This document shows positions 51,425 to 61,555 of a stretch of DNA of 64,000 bases, piece by piece; position 1 is the stretch's first letter; each line of letters opens with the position of its first letter. The notes under the pieces were generated by a model that saw only the letters and a program-made list of their open reading frames with translations, was not told the DNA's origin and did no database searches. Made by a program: the position numbers and the translations under genes. Source of the DNA: a virus; the IMG/VR virus record IMGVR_UViG_3300008516_000204, positions 32,001-96,000 of that record; one strand, given 5' to 3'.

Positions 51425-52361
51425 AAGGAGTTTCAATGAAACTTAAGAAAATTACACTTATCTCCAAAGAATCCGATATACTCTACAAAGTTGCCTGCTA
51501 TTCTTATAATTTACTTAATATAAGAGTTAAGCGAATCGATATTATAAACAGCAATAAAGCAATAATCCATTATAAAAAATTGAGAACCCATATGAAGAGG
51601 TAGGAGGCAAACTATGAGCATAAAATTTAACCAGCTTCAAATTGCTATGGATACATCTAAAATAGAAAAAGCCCACAAACTAATCGACAGCCTCTATGCC
51701 AAAATAAAAAAATACAATGAGGAAGTAAAGAGGGCAAATAGACTGTTACGAGAGTTTGACGAACTCAAAAAGAAAACCAATATCAGATTCGATAAGGGAG
51801 AAGTCAAGGGCTTGCCTAAAAAGGAAAACTTAAAATGATACACTTTTGCCCAACCCACCAAAAATATGTTGAAACCTACGAAATGTGGGATACTTATGCC
51901 AAAACCGATGGCATGACTATGTTAATAGTTGAACACCATTGTCCTTATTGCTTTAACCTAATTTGCACAGAGGAGAGACCATATCAAAATGGCACAGATA
52001 ACCCCAGAAGAAGCTAAAATATTGGCAAAATTTCTTAAGGAACTCAAAGATTATAAAGAGGCTAAAACCAAAAAGAAATTTATCCCTAGACAAATTTCAG
52101 TTATCTATCAACATCCCGACAAGCCCAAAGAGTTTCGCTGGTTTTCCTGCCATAGATGGTTTGACAAGGTTTTCAAAAACGAGGGAGCATCTAAAAATAT
52201 CCTATTAATTGCCTTACAAATATCAGCAAACATAATTGTGGGCTTGGAAATTCTGCTTAAAAAGAAACATCTATTGGGCAGAGTCAATGAAAGAAGGCTT
52301 GAGAAAGCAATCGAATTACTCAAAAAGATTAAATTTGAGTTCAAATAGAAAGGATAGAACA

Positions 52362-53153
52362 ATGAAACAAAGTCACATAATCGGACTTCTAAAATCCGAT
52401 GATATCGATACACCACCTCACAGAAAGAAGTGGCTATTTTATCCATCCGAAGCGTCCTGCCTCATCGATGGCGAGATAGTGGGAAACTGTCTCAGGAGGT
52501 CTTACTATGCCTGGAAAAAGGTATCGATTACCAACCAGCCCAGCGTGTTTGCTCGTGTCTCAAGAAAGATGGGCAAATTCATCGAATCCGACACGAAAGA
52601 TTGCCTACTACATAATAAGGAACTTGTGGATAAGTCAAAGAAGGATAGGCACTTTAGGACAGAAATTATCGAGGGAATTACAGTATCAGGCGAGATTGAT
52701 GCTATTACTAAAAGAGGAAGCAAGGAAATAGGATTGGAAATCAAGTCATTTTCGAGCAATCCAAAGTATGTTGCAGATAGACCCAAAGAAACCCACATAA
52801 TGCAGGCTTTGCTTTACATCGTTTGCTATAAGCCAAGATTGCCTTATTGGATTATCTTTTACAGGAAATCCCCAGTAACCTATAGATCCAAAATGGATGA
52901 TTGGCTAAATTTCGAGGGATTTGAACACAGGATTGACTGGATTAAAATGGACAATAATATATTTCCAATTATCAATGGCAAGCTAGAAAAAAGTATTAGC
53001 ATAAGGGGAATTTTAGAGAGGTGGAAAGTTCTAAAATACTACATAATAAAAAACGAACTCCCCCCATGCGACTATAAATTAAGTAGCAAAGAGTGTGGTT
53101 ATTGTCCCTACAAAAAACATTGCAAAGAAAACAGGTTTGGTAAAGGGAGGTAA
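52362..53153 (+). CDS. Cas4-like (RecB-family, Fe-S) exonuclease
   Basis: YPS..S..C.R..Y, GEIDA, EIKS, Q..LY, C..CPY...C. Confidence 0.82.
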   Translation: MKQSHIIGLLKSDDIDTPPHRKKWLFYPSEASCLIDGEIVGNCLRRSYYAWKKVSITNQPSVFARVSRKMGKFIESDTKDCLLHNKELVDKSKKDRHFRTEIIEGITVSGEIDAITKRGSKEIGLEIKSFSSNPKYVADRPKETHIMQALLYIVCYKPRLPYWIIFYRKSPVTYRSKMDDWLNFEGFEHRIDWIKMDNNIFPIINGKLEKSISIRGILERWKVLKYYIIKNELPPCDYKLSSKECGYCPYKKHCKENRFGKGR

Positions 53154-53756
53154 TGATGATTCCTCAAATTTTAATGGAAACAATTACTGGGACGGCTACC
53201 AAAATGGCAGATTTAAGCGAAAGTGTGTTTAAAACAGGTAATCCAGAAATCTTTCGTTCCCTAATACTTGGCATTAGGGATAAGCAACCCTATCTGGTCG
53301 AGTGGTTTGCACTTTATTGCCAGTCGTGCTTGGCTCAGGGGATGGGAAAGGTAGAAATAGCTGCTATGACTATGGCTTTCGTGGTAACAATGAAAGCACT
53401 ATATGACCAAGATGAGATTAGTAACTTGGAGGATTTATTTAAAAAGTGAAGGACATCCCTAAAAAACTTTCTCGGTATCCGTGTCCTATTTGTGGTAAAC
53501 TGCTAACTGTGACTTATTGGGGAATTGTCAACTTAGCGAATCCAAAATCTGACAATCTATGGAGATTCTGTTGCAAGAGCATTTTGATAACCTCGTTCGG
53601 CGAATATCATTGCTATTTTAATTCTCCGATTGTTCAACTGCCTCGAAATTATAGGGACAAGATAGACTGGGGCAAAATAAAAAGCCTCACAGATAGCATT
53701 CATCCTGTTATTAAAAATGCTATAGATGAGGCAATTAAGCACAATAAATTTGCTAA

Positions 53757-53918
53757 TTAAAGCCTGTCTTTGATATACCTGCCTACAAAATATAATCCCG
53801 CCGATAAGCAAAGTCCAGTTACCACCACTGGATTCTGCTTTACAATAGCAATTATAGAAATCAGACCTATAATACAACTTGTTGCCTGACAAATTAAGCC
53901 TATCATTCTATTGTCCAT
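53757..53918 (-). CDS. 53-aa two-TM protein, holin candidate
   Basis: AAGGAGGG RBS; MDNRMIGLICQATSCIIGLISIIAIVKQNPVVVTGLCLSAGLYFVGRYIKDRL; last gene of the late arm. Not in the ORF track. Confidence 0.55.
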   Translation of the reverse strand: MDNRMIGLICQATSCIIGLISIIAIVKQNPVVVTGLCLSAGLYFVGRYIKDRL

Positions 53919-53931
53919 AACTATCCCTCCT

Positions 53932-54642
53932 TTACAATATTCCTAATTTAACTAAATCTGGCTTCATTAATACTCTTATTTTGACTCTAGGATATTTTAT
54001 CTTAAATAATTCAAATTTTTTCTTAGCGTCATCCCGCCAATAACCTTTTATTTCGATATAAGTATTTGTTTTTGGTAAATAAAAATCTGGTATATAACTT
54101 GTTTTACCTAAATCAAAAGTTTTGGGTTCATAGAACCATCTAATTCTATCACTATCTAAATATTTTGCATAACCTATTTCCCATCCAGAACGCATATTAA
54201 TTTTTTTATAAATTCCCCATTTACCATGAACTACTTTACCATACATTGGGTTGTTTTTACCCTCATAAGAACGCCTAGTTTTTACATTTAATTTAGTGGC
54301 ACAAAATCGACACCTCCCTTTTCCATACTTCCAAGTTTGGTAGGTTATTTCTTTGTTACATTCTAGTTCTTTGCAATAATACTTTTTTATCCATCTGCCA
54401 TCAATATAACTGGCATTATTTTTTCCTTTAGTTGCACAAGATTGACATGTTTTATTTCCATAATAAAAAGTTGTATAAGAAATTTCATTTATTTTACAAC
54501 TAATACAGTAATACTTTCTTCTAGTTATTCCATTTTTCCAATTAGGATTATGCTCTCCCAAATTAGAACAAACTCTACAAAAATTAGCTCTTTTATCTTT
54601 TAATTTGCCACAGACACATAAATCTTTAGAATGTCTTGGCAT
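53932..54642 (-). CDS. Free-standing PD-(D/E)XK endonuclease with Zn-finger modules
   Basis: RS.WE...A..LD....W.YEP..F....Y.PDFYL....IEIKG; several CxxC pairs; G.NNP motifs. Confidence 0.8.
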   Translation of the reverse strand: MPRHSKDLCVCGKLKDKRANFCRVCSNLGEHNPNWKNGITRRKYYCISCKINEISYTTFYYGNKTCQSCATKGKNNASYIDGRWIKKYYCKELECNKEITYQTWKYGKGRCRFCATKLNVKTRRSYEGKNNPMYGKVVHGKWGIYKKINMRSGWEIGYAKYLDSDRIRWFYEPKTFDLGKTSYIPDFYLPKTNTYIEIKGYWRDDAKKKFELFKIKYPRVKIRVLMKPDLVKLGIL

Positions 54643-55280
54643 TAGAATTTCCATCTATAATATAATATCATCCTGTTATCGCCCTTATATCCTTTTCCTA
54701 CACCCAAACCTATATTTGAATTATCTGTAATTTTATATGACGAACCTAAATAGATACCTCGATTAGTCAAGAATGTTTCTAATTCCAGTTTCCAGTATCT
54801 AAGGAATGAGATGCCAACTCCTCCTTCAAAAACACCGCCTTCCAATCCAAAGCCCGCTCCCATAACACCAATCGGCTTCAACTGAAATCCCACTGGGGCA
54901 AGTTTCTTCTTAAGTCCTGGAATATCTGCCACAGATAACTGTTTTAAAATATTCTCATCTTTATCTCTAAAATAAACAAATCCTTTCTTATCAATATAAA
55001 CATGGTCTCCTTGTTCATTAACTTCTAAAATAGCCTCTCGCCCATATCCAATATCTATCTTTACTGGTTTGCTCCCTCTTCCCTGTACATAAAAGTAACT
55101 CGCTACAAAACCAAATATAAAAGCATAAATAATTAATTTTCGCACATTAAAAAGCGAAAAAATATCCTTCAGCCACAGAACTGGGTTAAACAAATTTAAC
55201 ATACTATTAGTAAATTTCTTGCCAGAAACTTTCTCTCTATATTTCCATTTTTTGCCTACGCTACAATTATTTCTGTTCAT
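54642..55280 (-). CDS. Membrane protein with one TM and C-terminal amphipathic beta-strands
   Basis: TM LIIYAFIFGFVASYFYV; Gly-rich alternating strands; ends LYYRWKF. Confidence 0.6.
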   Translation of the reverse strand: MNRNNCSVGKKWKYREKVSGKKFTNSMLNLFNPVLWLKDIFSLFNVRKLIIYAFIFGFVASYFYVQGRGSKPVKIDIGYGREAILEVNEQGDHVYIDKKGFVYFRDKDENILKQLSVADIPGLKKKLAPVGFQLKPIGVMGAGFGLEGGVFEGGVGISFLRYWKLELETFLTNRGIYLGSSYKITDNSNIGLGVGKGYKGDNRMILYYRWKF

Positions 55281-55345
55281 ACTATCATCTCCTTGTTTAG
55301 CTCCTCTTTCTATAGATTAAAAATATCACAATAAGGGAAATAAAT

Positions 55346-56464
55346 TTATATTACTTTAATACTTCCGAAGCTAGCTTCATTGGTTTCCCAATTTATATCA
55401 AAAGCACCTGTCAAATTAAATGAAATCTCATTTATAATACATCCTTTATTATCAACTACTCCATTGTAATAATTTTCAAATTCAGATCCGTATTTTTCAA
55501 CCATATTATTATAAATATCTAAAACTTGTATAGGTTCTGTTAAAGCTATAGTATAGTGGTAGTATTTTAAATCATAATGAACAGTTCTCAGAACTACATT
55601 TATAATAAATTTATTAAAAGTTGGGGGTGGTATATAATATTCTAAAGGTGGGATTTTTATATTTAATGAATCTATATAAAGCCTCCCATTTTTAGGTAAT
55701 CTATAATTCTTAGTTTGGTATCCACCCAAAGACGAATATCTATAAAAAGACAATATGGTAGCAAGGGCTATATTAGGTATTCGTAATGTTTTCATAATTA
55801 TTTTACCACTTTGGATTTCAATAGACTGAGATGGACTTAGATTGGATACAGCCCATTTTTTAAAATATCTACCATAAAATAAAATATTAGCACTATCTGT
55901 ATAAATTTCTAAAGGGGAATGTTTCCAATCTTCTAAAAAATATGGTTCAGGAATAGGATGTCGTAAATCTTCTATGTGAATTGCTTTAATTTTAATTAAA
56001 TTTTGCTTATCCTCTGTCTTTTTAGGCATTTTTGGTCTATTAAGACAATCTATATCTACCCATTCTCTTTTATCTTCTACTTTGTTTCCATATTTATAAG
56101 TTCCTATATAATTTGCTTTACTATCATAATTAAAATATTGGTATAATAAAGGTGTGGCTGATACATTATGCGGATCTGATAAAAGTTTTTCTGTAGATGT
56201 TCTCAATTCATTTATATGTTTTTTATTTACAGGAGTTTTTGGGGGTATCGTGCTAAAATCTGTTTTTTCCATTTCTGGAGCAAATTTTGTAGCTTCAATT
56301 TCTTGCTGCTTTCTTGTATCCTGTAATTCTTTGATATGCTTAACTTTTATTGGTACCACCCCTTTGTAATCATCGCCACTCAACCCTCTGGGTGTCAAAA
56401 TAGGATCATCTGTCCATTTGCCTATTTCGGTATGGCAAGTTGGGCATAGTTTTTTATCGGGCAT
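55346..56464 (-). CDS. Tail/fibre-associated protein
   Basis: Three (I/V)K..HI.(E/D)L(R/Q) repeats; in the tail operon. Confidence 0.5.
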   Translation of the reverse strand: MPDKKLCPTCHTEIGKWTDDPILTPRGLSGDDYKGVVPIKVKHIKELQDTRKQQEIEATKFAPEMEKTDFSTIPPKTPVNKKHINELRTSTEKLLSDPHNVSATPLLYQYFNYDSKANYIGTYKYGNKVEDKREWVDIDCLNRPKMPKKTEDKQNLIKIKAIHIEDLRHPIPEPYFLEDWKHSPLEIYTDSANILFYGRYFKKWAVSNLSPSQSIEIQSGKIIMKTLRIPNIALATILSFYRYSSLGGYQTKNYRLPKNGRLYIDSLNIKIPPLEYYIPPPTFNKFIINVVLRTVHYDLKYYHYTIALTEPIQVLDIYNNMVEKYGSEFENYYNGVVDNKGCIINEISFNLTGAFDINWETNEASFGSIKVI

Positions 56465-56766
56465 TATTCTTCCTCCTCATCAACATAATAAGCCCCTAGT
56501 TTGGCAAAACAAGGACCACCCTGACCAGCACTTCTGTGATCATGATAATCTTCCTTGCTCGCCTCATTTATTTCATATTTCGTTTTGCTATTTAATAGGT
56601 GCTTAAACTCATCGGAATTTACAATATCCTCAATGTTTTCAAGTCTGTCTTTCAAATTTTTGAGAATATTAATATCCTTATTGGCTGTATCAAGTTTGTT
56701 TTTCAACTCTTTTATTTCTTTTATTAGAGTAGATATTACTTCAAATTCTTTAGCCGATAGAGGCAT
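56464..56766 (-). CDS. Tail-associated coiled-coil protein
   Basis: Coiled coil followed by HDH...QGG; GGAG RBS. Confidence 0.45.
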   Translation of the reverse strand: MPLSAKEFEVISTLIKEIKELKNKLDTANKDINILKNLKDRLENIEDIVNSDEFKHLLNSKTKYEINEASKEDYHDHRSAGQGGPCFAKLGAYYVDEEEE

Positions 56767-56779
56767 TTTTATCTCCTTA

Positions 56780-59700
56780 TTATGCTGAGTATTGTGTAGT
56801 TAGTTGTAATGTTGTTGTATTATCTATAAAATTATATGCTATAGATGTTACTCTCGCATCAAGTGACTCCCAATCTCCCTGTTCAGTATTCTGCAAATTA
56901 ACAGTTTTTTTGAGATTCCAAGTATTATCAATTGTATCTAAAGTAACTGACCCAGATATCACTATATCTTTCTTAGATTCCAGCTCTTTATTAGCCCGAT
57001 TCAGAATTTTATCTGTATCATCAATAAATAGCGAAGGTAGATCATCGGGATAATTTCTCCAATCGTACTCTACATCAACTTTTTCTCCACTGATGTAAGC
57101 ATAAAAACGACTCTTATCATATCGATAGCTTGAATCGTAAATTCTGAGAATTTTTGGGCTCACAGCGGTACCAGAAAGAGAGGCACTTACTATCAGTGGT
57201 TCGGTTTCAACAGCCACCAGAGCAATCACGGTTCCTGGTGTCGGTGTGCTAGCTGGTGTCGGCTTATTGTATATCCATTTATTAAACTTGACCAAAAAAC
57301 CATCTATTTCTGTCGCTGAATCTGCTTTATATTTTGGTTCAAGTGATCCTTTTTCAAAATCAGTAACTGTACTATATTTAGCTTCCTGCTTCCATTCTTC
57401 AGTTTCTATCGGTGGGATATCATCAGTTGCACTTTTTATTCTTTTAGTCTTCATCCACTGTCTCTGGGTTATTTTCTGATACTTACTATTATTACAGAAT
57501 TCGGACACAGCGAGATAAGTCATATCATGATAACCTTCCCAAACCCAATCTGTATTCTGTTCTTCTGGAGTAGCTTCTGGATTCAAGACTACCTTATTAA
57601 ACTGCCCAAGGAAGGATTTTTTCCTGTATGCTCCTTCTCTCATTGCCTTAATGAAAGACACTTTTGTATTAAGAAGCTTTACTACTTTCCAATGGTCTGG
57701 AAGACACCACTTGGTATAATCATAGCCCCAATCTTTAGTTTCGTCTTCTAATGGATAACACTCAACTTCTCTTATTTCTATTTTTCTTGAACCCTGAACT
57801 ATACATTGGTTATATCTATTCGTATTATCAAAAATTAAATTTGAATCAATAACATTAAATTGTGGACTGGATGTCGATATTTTCTGTCCATATATTCCAA
57901 AATAAACATCTTTACCACTTGCGACAGTCAAATCTATAAAATTTAATGTTCCATCTGGATCGATGTAATATTTATAATTTTTGGCCTCTTTAAGAATCTC
58001 TGTAATAGCTTGAGCGGTAGGTATTGTAGTGAGTTCCAGTTCTTTTATATTATCAGCGGAGACAGTTCCCGAAACCCCACTGACTATTTCAGTCACTGGA
58101 GCTAAAATCTGATTAAGTGCATTTGTCGGAGAGACATCTCTGAAAGTTAAAATATGGGTTTCCCCATAGGTAGCTGTAGCGTAGCTATATACCTGTTCTA
58201 ACTCAGCCCTTGGACCAGCTGCTTGATAATGTATCGTCTCATTATTTATAGACATTGACCGTCTAATAACTCGAATCCTGCCTGTAAATAAAGTGTTCTC
58301 ATTATGGATTACAGAGACTATCTGATCATAGTTAAACGAACCAGCACTATCAAAATCTACAGGCTCTTCAAATTCGCAAACTCTCGCACTATCCAATGAA
58401 AACCTTATGCTATTAACGACAACTTCCTTTAAACTTTGACTTAATATTGTCCCATTGCTAATAACAATAGTATCACCAGTATAAGTGGCAGCTGAATATA
58501 CAAATGTAAATTGTCTAGTTCTACCCAAAGTTCCATACTGATCTTTAGCCCTTACTTTAAATATATGAGAACCAGTTCCCATTGTTTTTACAACATGAGT
58601 ATCTGTAGTATTATCACTAGTAGAAGTAGGTTCAGAACCATCAATAGTATAATAATAAGTCATATCCCCTGGGGCATCTGGTGCAACCCATTCAAAATAG
58701 CCACTATCAGATAAATCCTGAAGCTGTCCATTAATTATCTCGGTTCCACCTTCACTGACATAGCATTTTAAATTAGTCAGGTCTGGGGACAGTGACGAGA
58801 TCCACAAATTAAATGTCGCAAGATTACTCCATAACCCATTTAGTGCTTGTGCCTTTATTTTTAATGTGTGTTGCCCTGCTTCCAAGAATACGTCAGCATA
58901 ATCCAGAGCTACCTTTATGATACGGGAATCTGTAATATCCGAGCTTAATATCTCGGTAGTTGCTGCCCTAACTCTTATCTCAGCCAATTTATTTGAATTG
59001 GTAGGAGTGCTTGCTGGATCTGGATCAACTCCTTTTATTCCCTTGCTAACTCTGATAACATTATCATTCAGAGTAATATAGATAACATCAATTCTATCTA
59101 AATCTTCTGAATCCTCTATAGTAAAGTTCTGTGAAGTATAAATTATTCTCTCCAAATTATTATAAAAAATTCCATCATTAACCTTGACTATCATATTAGA
59201 AACTTCTTCAACATCCATACCAGATATAACAATACTTGGCTGCGGAATATTAATTATATCATCGGGAGTTCCATCAACAGCATAACTGTAACCTTTAATC
59301 GGAACTATATGTAATGGTGTATCCCAGTCAAAATAAACAGTATTATCTGGCTGATATGTGCTATCAGATATTTCTGCTCCATTTTTTTCCTCATAAGCTT
59401 TTAAATTTAAAATTGAGAAGGCATCAGTATTCAAATAGCATTCTAAATAGAAGTCAACTTCCGATAAGATTAAGCCACCAGCGGTTTTGAACTCATAGTA
59501 TATCCTCTTAACCCCATTTCCTGCTATAACATCCCACTCTCTTTCACCATCATCAATTTTTTCCCAAGAAGACCAAGTTCCACCTACTTCATTTTTAAAT
59601 CTCCACTGATAATAGGACAATGTAGTAATAATATGAATTGTTTGAGTAGGGATGTAATATCCTTCTTGAATATAGATATCACTTTTTACAAATTTACTTA

Positions 59701-61105
59701 TGTCAGTTGAGTACCTAATGTCTGTGTTTATATTTTTATATTCGGGCACTAAAAATCTAATATCTGCATTGATATGTGTAAAGGCATCGCCCCTAACATA
59801 AGCATCGGACAAAATAGTTTTATCTCTTTTTGCAGCAATGTGAGCATCTGAAATTATTGGTATAGCTAAGATGTCCGCTATTACAGCATCCGATTTTATA
59901 GACTTTACACCAGTCCCTGGTAAAATAATTTTAGCGTCTGACAAAATCGTTGCCTGCGTACCTACTGCCTTAATGTTAGCATCAGAAAATATATTTTTAT
60001 CCTCTATAGACAAAATACTTGCATCTGATGAAACAGTTATATCATATTGATCCGATACTATGGCATCCGATGAAATAGTCTTTTGTTCTGTTCCAGTTAT
60101 ACTTGCATCTGCCAAAATTGTTTTCTGGTCTGTTATCGCCTGTTGCATATAGGTTTTAAAGTACATATCATAGGGATTGATATGCCAAGATGTCTCCCCA
60201 TCAGTACTATAAACATAATTCCCATCGGCATAGACATCGGTATCCTGGTAAAAAATAGCACAGCCACCATCAACAGAAGTTCTTCTGACCACTAGGCTGT
60301 AATAATTATTGGCAACAATATTTTCCGCTGGCGTAGATAAGGCAATAACAAATTCTGTTCCAGCAATATCAACAGTTAAATCTGAATTACTAAAAGTCCC
60401 AGAACCCAATACTATAGAATCTGGCTTAGTATGAGATTCGATAGTATTTCTTATTTCAACGATAAAATCCCCAGAGGAATAACCAGCCTTGTATCCCCAT
60501 AAATTGACTTTTTTTAGAGTGCCACTGATTCCAGCTTGGAAGGTTTGAGCTACTCTGAAGTTGGCTGTATTAATTATTTGAAAGGAATTTTGCTGTGCTT
60601 GTTCTTGGTCCAATGAAGGAATGAGTTCGACATATGTTTTAAAATAAAGGTCATAAGTAGAATTAATAGTCCAACTAGAACCGCTATTTACAGAATAACA
60701 ATAATCACCATTTGTATAAGGGTCTGTACCTGCTCCATAAAAGCCATAATAATGAACATTATAAGTTCCTCCATCGGCTTTCTGATGAACAACTATTGAA
60801 TAACTTGTTCCAGAAACTATAGATGTCGGGGTGGAGAAATTTATTGTAAATTCTGCTCCAACTCCTCCAATACTTCCAGCAGAGATTTCTTCAGAAGCAA
60901 GGATATTTCCATCTGGTTTACCTCCACTTACCCCTTGAATTTCTACTATCAAATTGGATGGTGAGCCTATTTTAACAGGATATAATTTAACTGTAGGTAA
61001 TTCCCCAGACAACCCTGCTTGGAAAGTCTGAGCACTATAATTTGATCCATAAACTTGATGTTGAATCCCACTAGCTAATGTTTGTTGCTGATCTAATACT
61101 GCCAT
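56780..61105 (-). CDS. Large tail protein: duplicated N-terminal beta domains, SDA repeats, Ig/Fn3-like domains, C-terminal hub-like region
   Basis: Two ~160-aa repeats (LDQ.Q..AQTFQAG..YFKTY); RIDVIY..LAEIRV; YYYTIDGSEPT; LFTGRI..YYIDPDG.L.F..N..IV.G. Confidence 0.7.
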   Translation of the reverse strand: MAVLDQQQTLASGIQHQVYGSNYSAQTFQAGLSGELPTVKLYPVKIGSPSNLIVEIQGVSGGKPDGNILASEEISAGSIGGVGAEFTINFSTPTSIVSGTSYSIVVHQKADGGTYNVHYYGFYGAGTDPYTNGDYCYSVNSGSSWTINSTYDLYFKTYVELIPSLDQEQAQQNSFQIINTANFRVAQTFQAGISGTLKKVNLWGYKAGYSSGDFIVEIRNTIESHTKPDSIVLGSGTFSNSDLTVDIAGTEFVIALSTPAENIVANNYYSLVVRRTSVDGGCAIFYQDTDVYADGNYVYSTDGETSWHINPYDMYFKTYMQQAITDQKTILADASITGTEQKTISSDAIVSDQYDITVSSDASILSIEDKNIFSDANIKAVGTQATILSDAKIILPGTGVKSIKSDAVIADILAIPIISDAHIAAKRDKTILSDAYVRGDAFTHINADIRFLVPEYKNINTDIRYSTDISKFVKSDIYIQEGYYIPTQTIHIITTLSYYQWRFKNEVGGTWSSWEKIDDGEREWDVIAGNGVKRIYYEFKTAGGLILSEVDFYLECYLNTDAFSILNLKAYEEKNGAEISDSTYQPDNTVYFDWDTPLHIVPIKGYSYAVDGTPDDIINIPQPSIVISGMDVEEVSNMIVKVNDGIFYNNLERIIYTSQNFTIEDSEDLDRIDVIYITLNDNVIRVSKGIKGVDPDPASTPTNSNKLAEIRVRAATTEILSSDITDSRIIKVALDYADVFLEAGQHTLKIKAQALNGLWSNLATFNLWISSLSPDLTNLKCYVSEGGTEIINGQLQDLSDSGYFEWVAPDAPGDMTYYYTIDGSEPTSTSDNTTDTHVVKTMGTGSHIFKVRAKDQYGTLGRTRQFTFVYSAATYTGDTIVISNGTILSQSLKEVVVNSIRFSLDSARVCEFEEPVDFDSAGSFNYDQIVSVIHNENTLFTGRIRVIRRSMSINNETIHYQAAGPRAELEQVYSYATATYGETHILTFRDVSPTNALNQILAPVTEIVSGVSGTVSADNIKELELTTIPTAQAITEILKEAKNYKYYIDPDGTLNFIDLTVASGKDVYFGIYGQKISTSSPQFNVIDSNLIFDNTNRYNQCIVQGSRKIEIREVECYPLEDETKDWGYDYTKWCLPDHWKVVKLLNTKVSFIKAMREGAYRKKSFLGQFNKVVLNPEATPEEQNTDWVWEGYHDMTYLAVSEFCNNSKYQKITQRQWMKTKRIKSATDDIPPIETEEWKQEAKYSTVTDFEKGSLEPKYKADSATEIDGFLVKFNKWIYNKPTPASTPTPGTVIALVAVETEPLIVSASLSGTAVSPKILRIYDSSYRYDKSRFYAYISGEKVDVEYDWRNYPDDLPSLFIDDTDKILNRANKELESKKDIVISGSVTLDTIDNTWNLKKTVNLQNTEQGDWESLDARVTSIAYNFIDNTTTLQLTTQYSA
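59669..60121 (-). repeat. About 11 tandem 14-16-aa (T/N)I.(S/A/T)D(A/I).(I/V) peptide repeats
   Basis: TILADASI, TISSDAIV, TVSSDASI, NIFSDANI, TILSDAKI, SIKSDAVI, PIISDAHI, TILSDAYV, HINADIRF, NINTDIRY, FVKSDIYI. Confidence 0.85.
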
Positions 61106-61115
61106 TATATTTCCT

Positions 61116-61535
61116 TTAGATAATTATATTCCCCAGTTCATCTATCTGTATAATCTTCTTATAGTTTTTGCCACTTCTATCATTATACTGGTAGCCTAGG
61201 AAGTAAATTACATCTTGTCTTATTTCCTTTCCAGATTGGCTAATTTCCATTTTCCTACGCCTATAATAAATGAGCCTCTTCCTATTCTTATCATCAACAT
61301 TAGACAATAGTTCAGGTTGAGGCATTTGAATGCTATTTATATAAATTACGCCTAATTTCAAATCTAAAATAAGGCGTAAAGATTTCTCGGTATGAAAAAG
61401 TATAAATTTAACTAAGTCGTTCTGCCTATCTAAAACCCCACGAAATAGATTCTCCTTACCATTTGTTTCAAATTGTTTCAACTGACTGCCATCGGAGAAT
61501 TGAGCCAGCCAGTGAATTTTTAAATTTTGAGACAT
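61116..61535 (-). CDS. Hypothetical virion-module protein
   Basis: W.A.FSDG, RLIYYRR, YFLG.Q; GGAG RBS. Confidence 0.55.
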   Translation of the reverse strand: MSQNLKIHWLAQFSDGSQLKQFETNGKENLFRGVLDRQNDLVKFILFHTEKSLRLILDLKLGVIYINSIQMPQPELLSNVDDKNRKRLIYYRRRKMEISQSGKEIRQDVIYFLGYQYNDRSGKNYKKIIQIDELGNIII

Positions 61536-61555
61536 TGTATTATCTCCTTATTAAA

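Noticed and set aside
52362-53153. CRISPR-Cas system
   Set aside because: Solo Cas4-like nuclease; no cas1/cas2, effector or repeat-spacer array seen.
1880-53892. Numerous antisense and nested ORFs in the track (e.g. 27720-28397, 35449-35976, 43912-44403, 53557-53892)
   Set aside because: They overlap well-supported genes on the other strand or frame, lack motifs, and look like shadow ORFs.
55346-61105. Diversity-generating retroelement targeting tail genes
   Set aside because: No reverse transcriptase and no near-identical adenine-variable repeat pair. The repeats are diverged at all positions.
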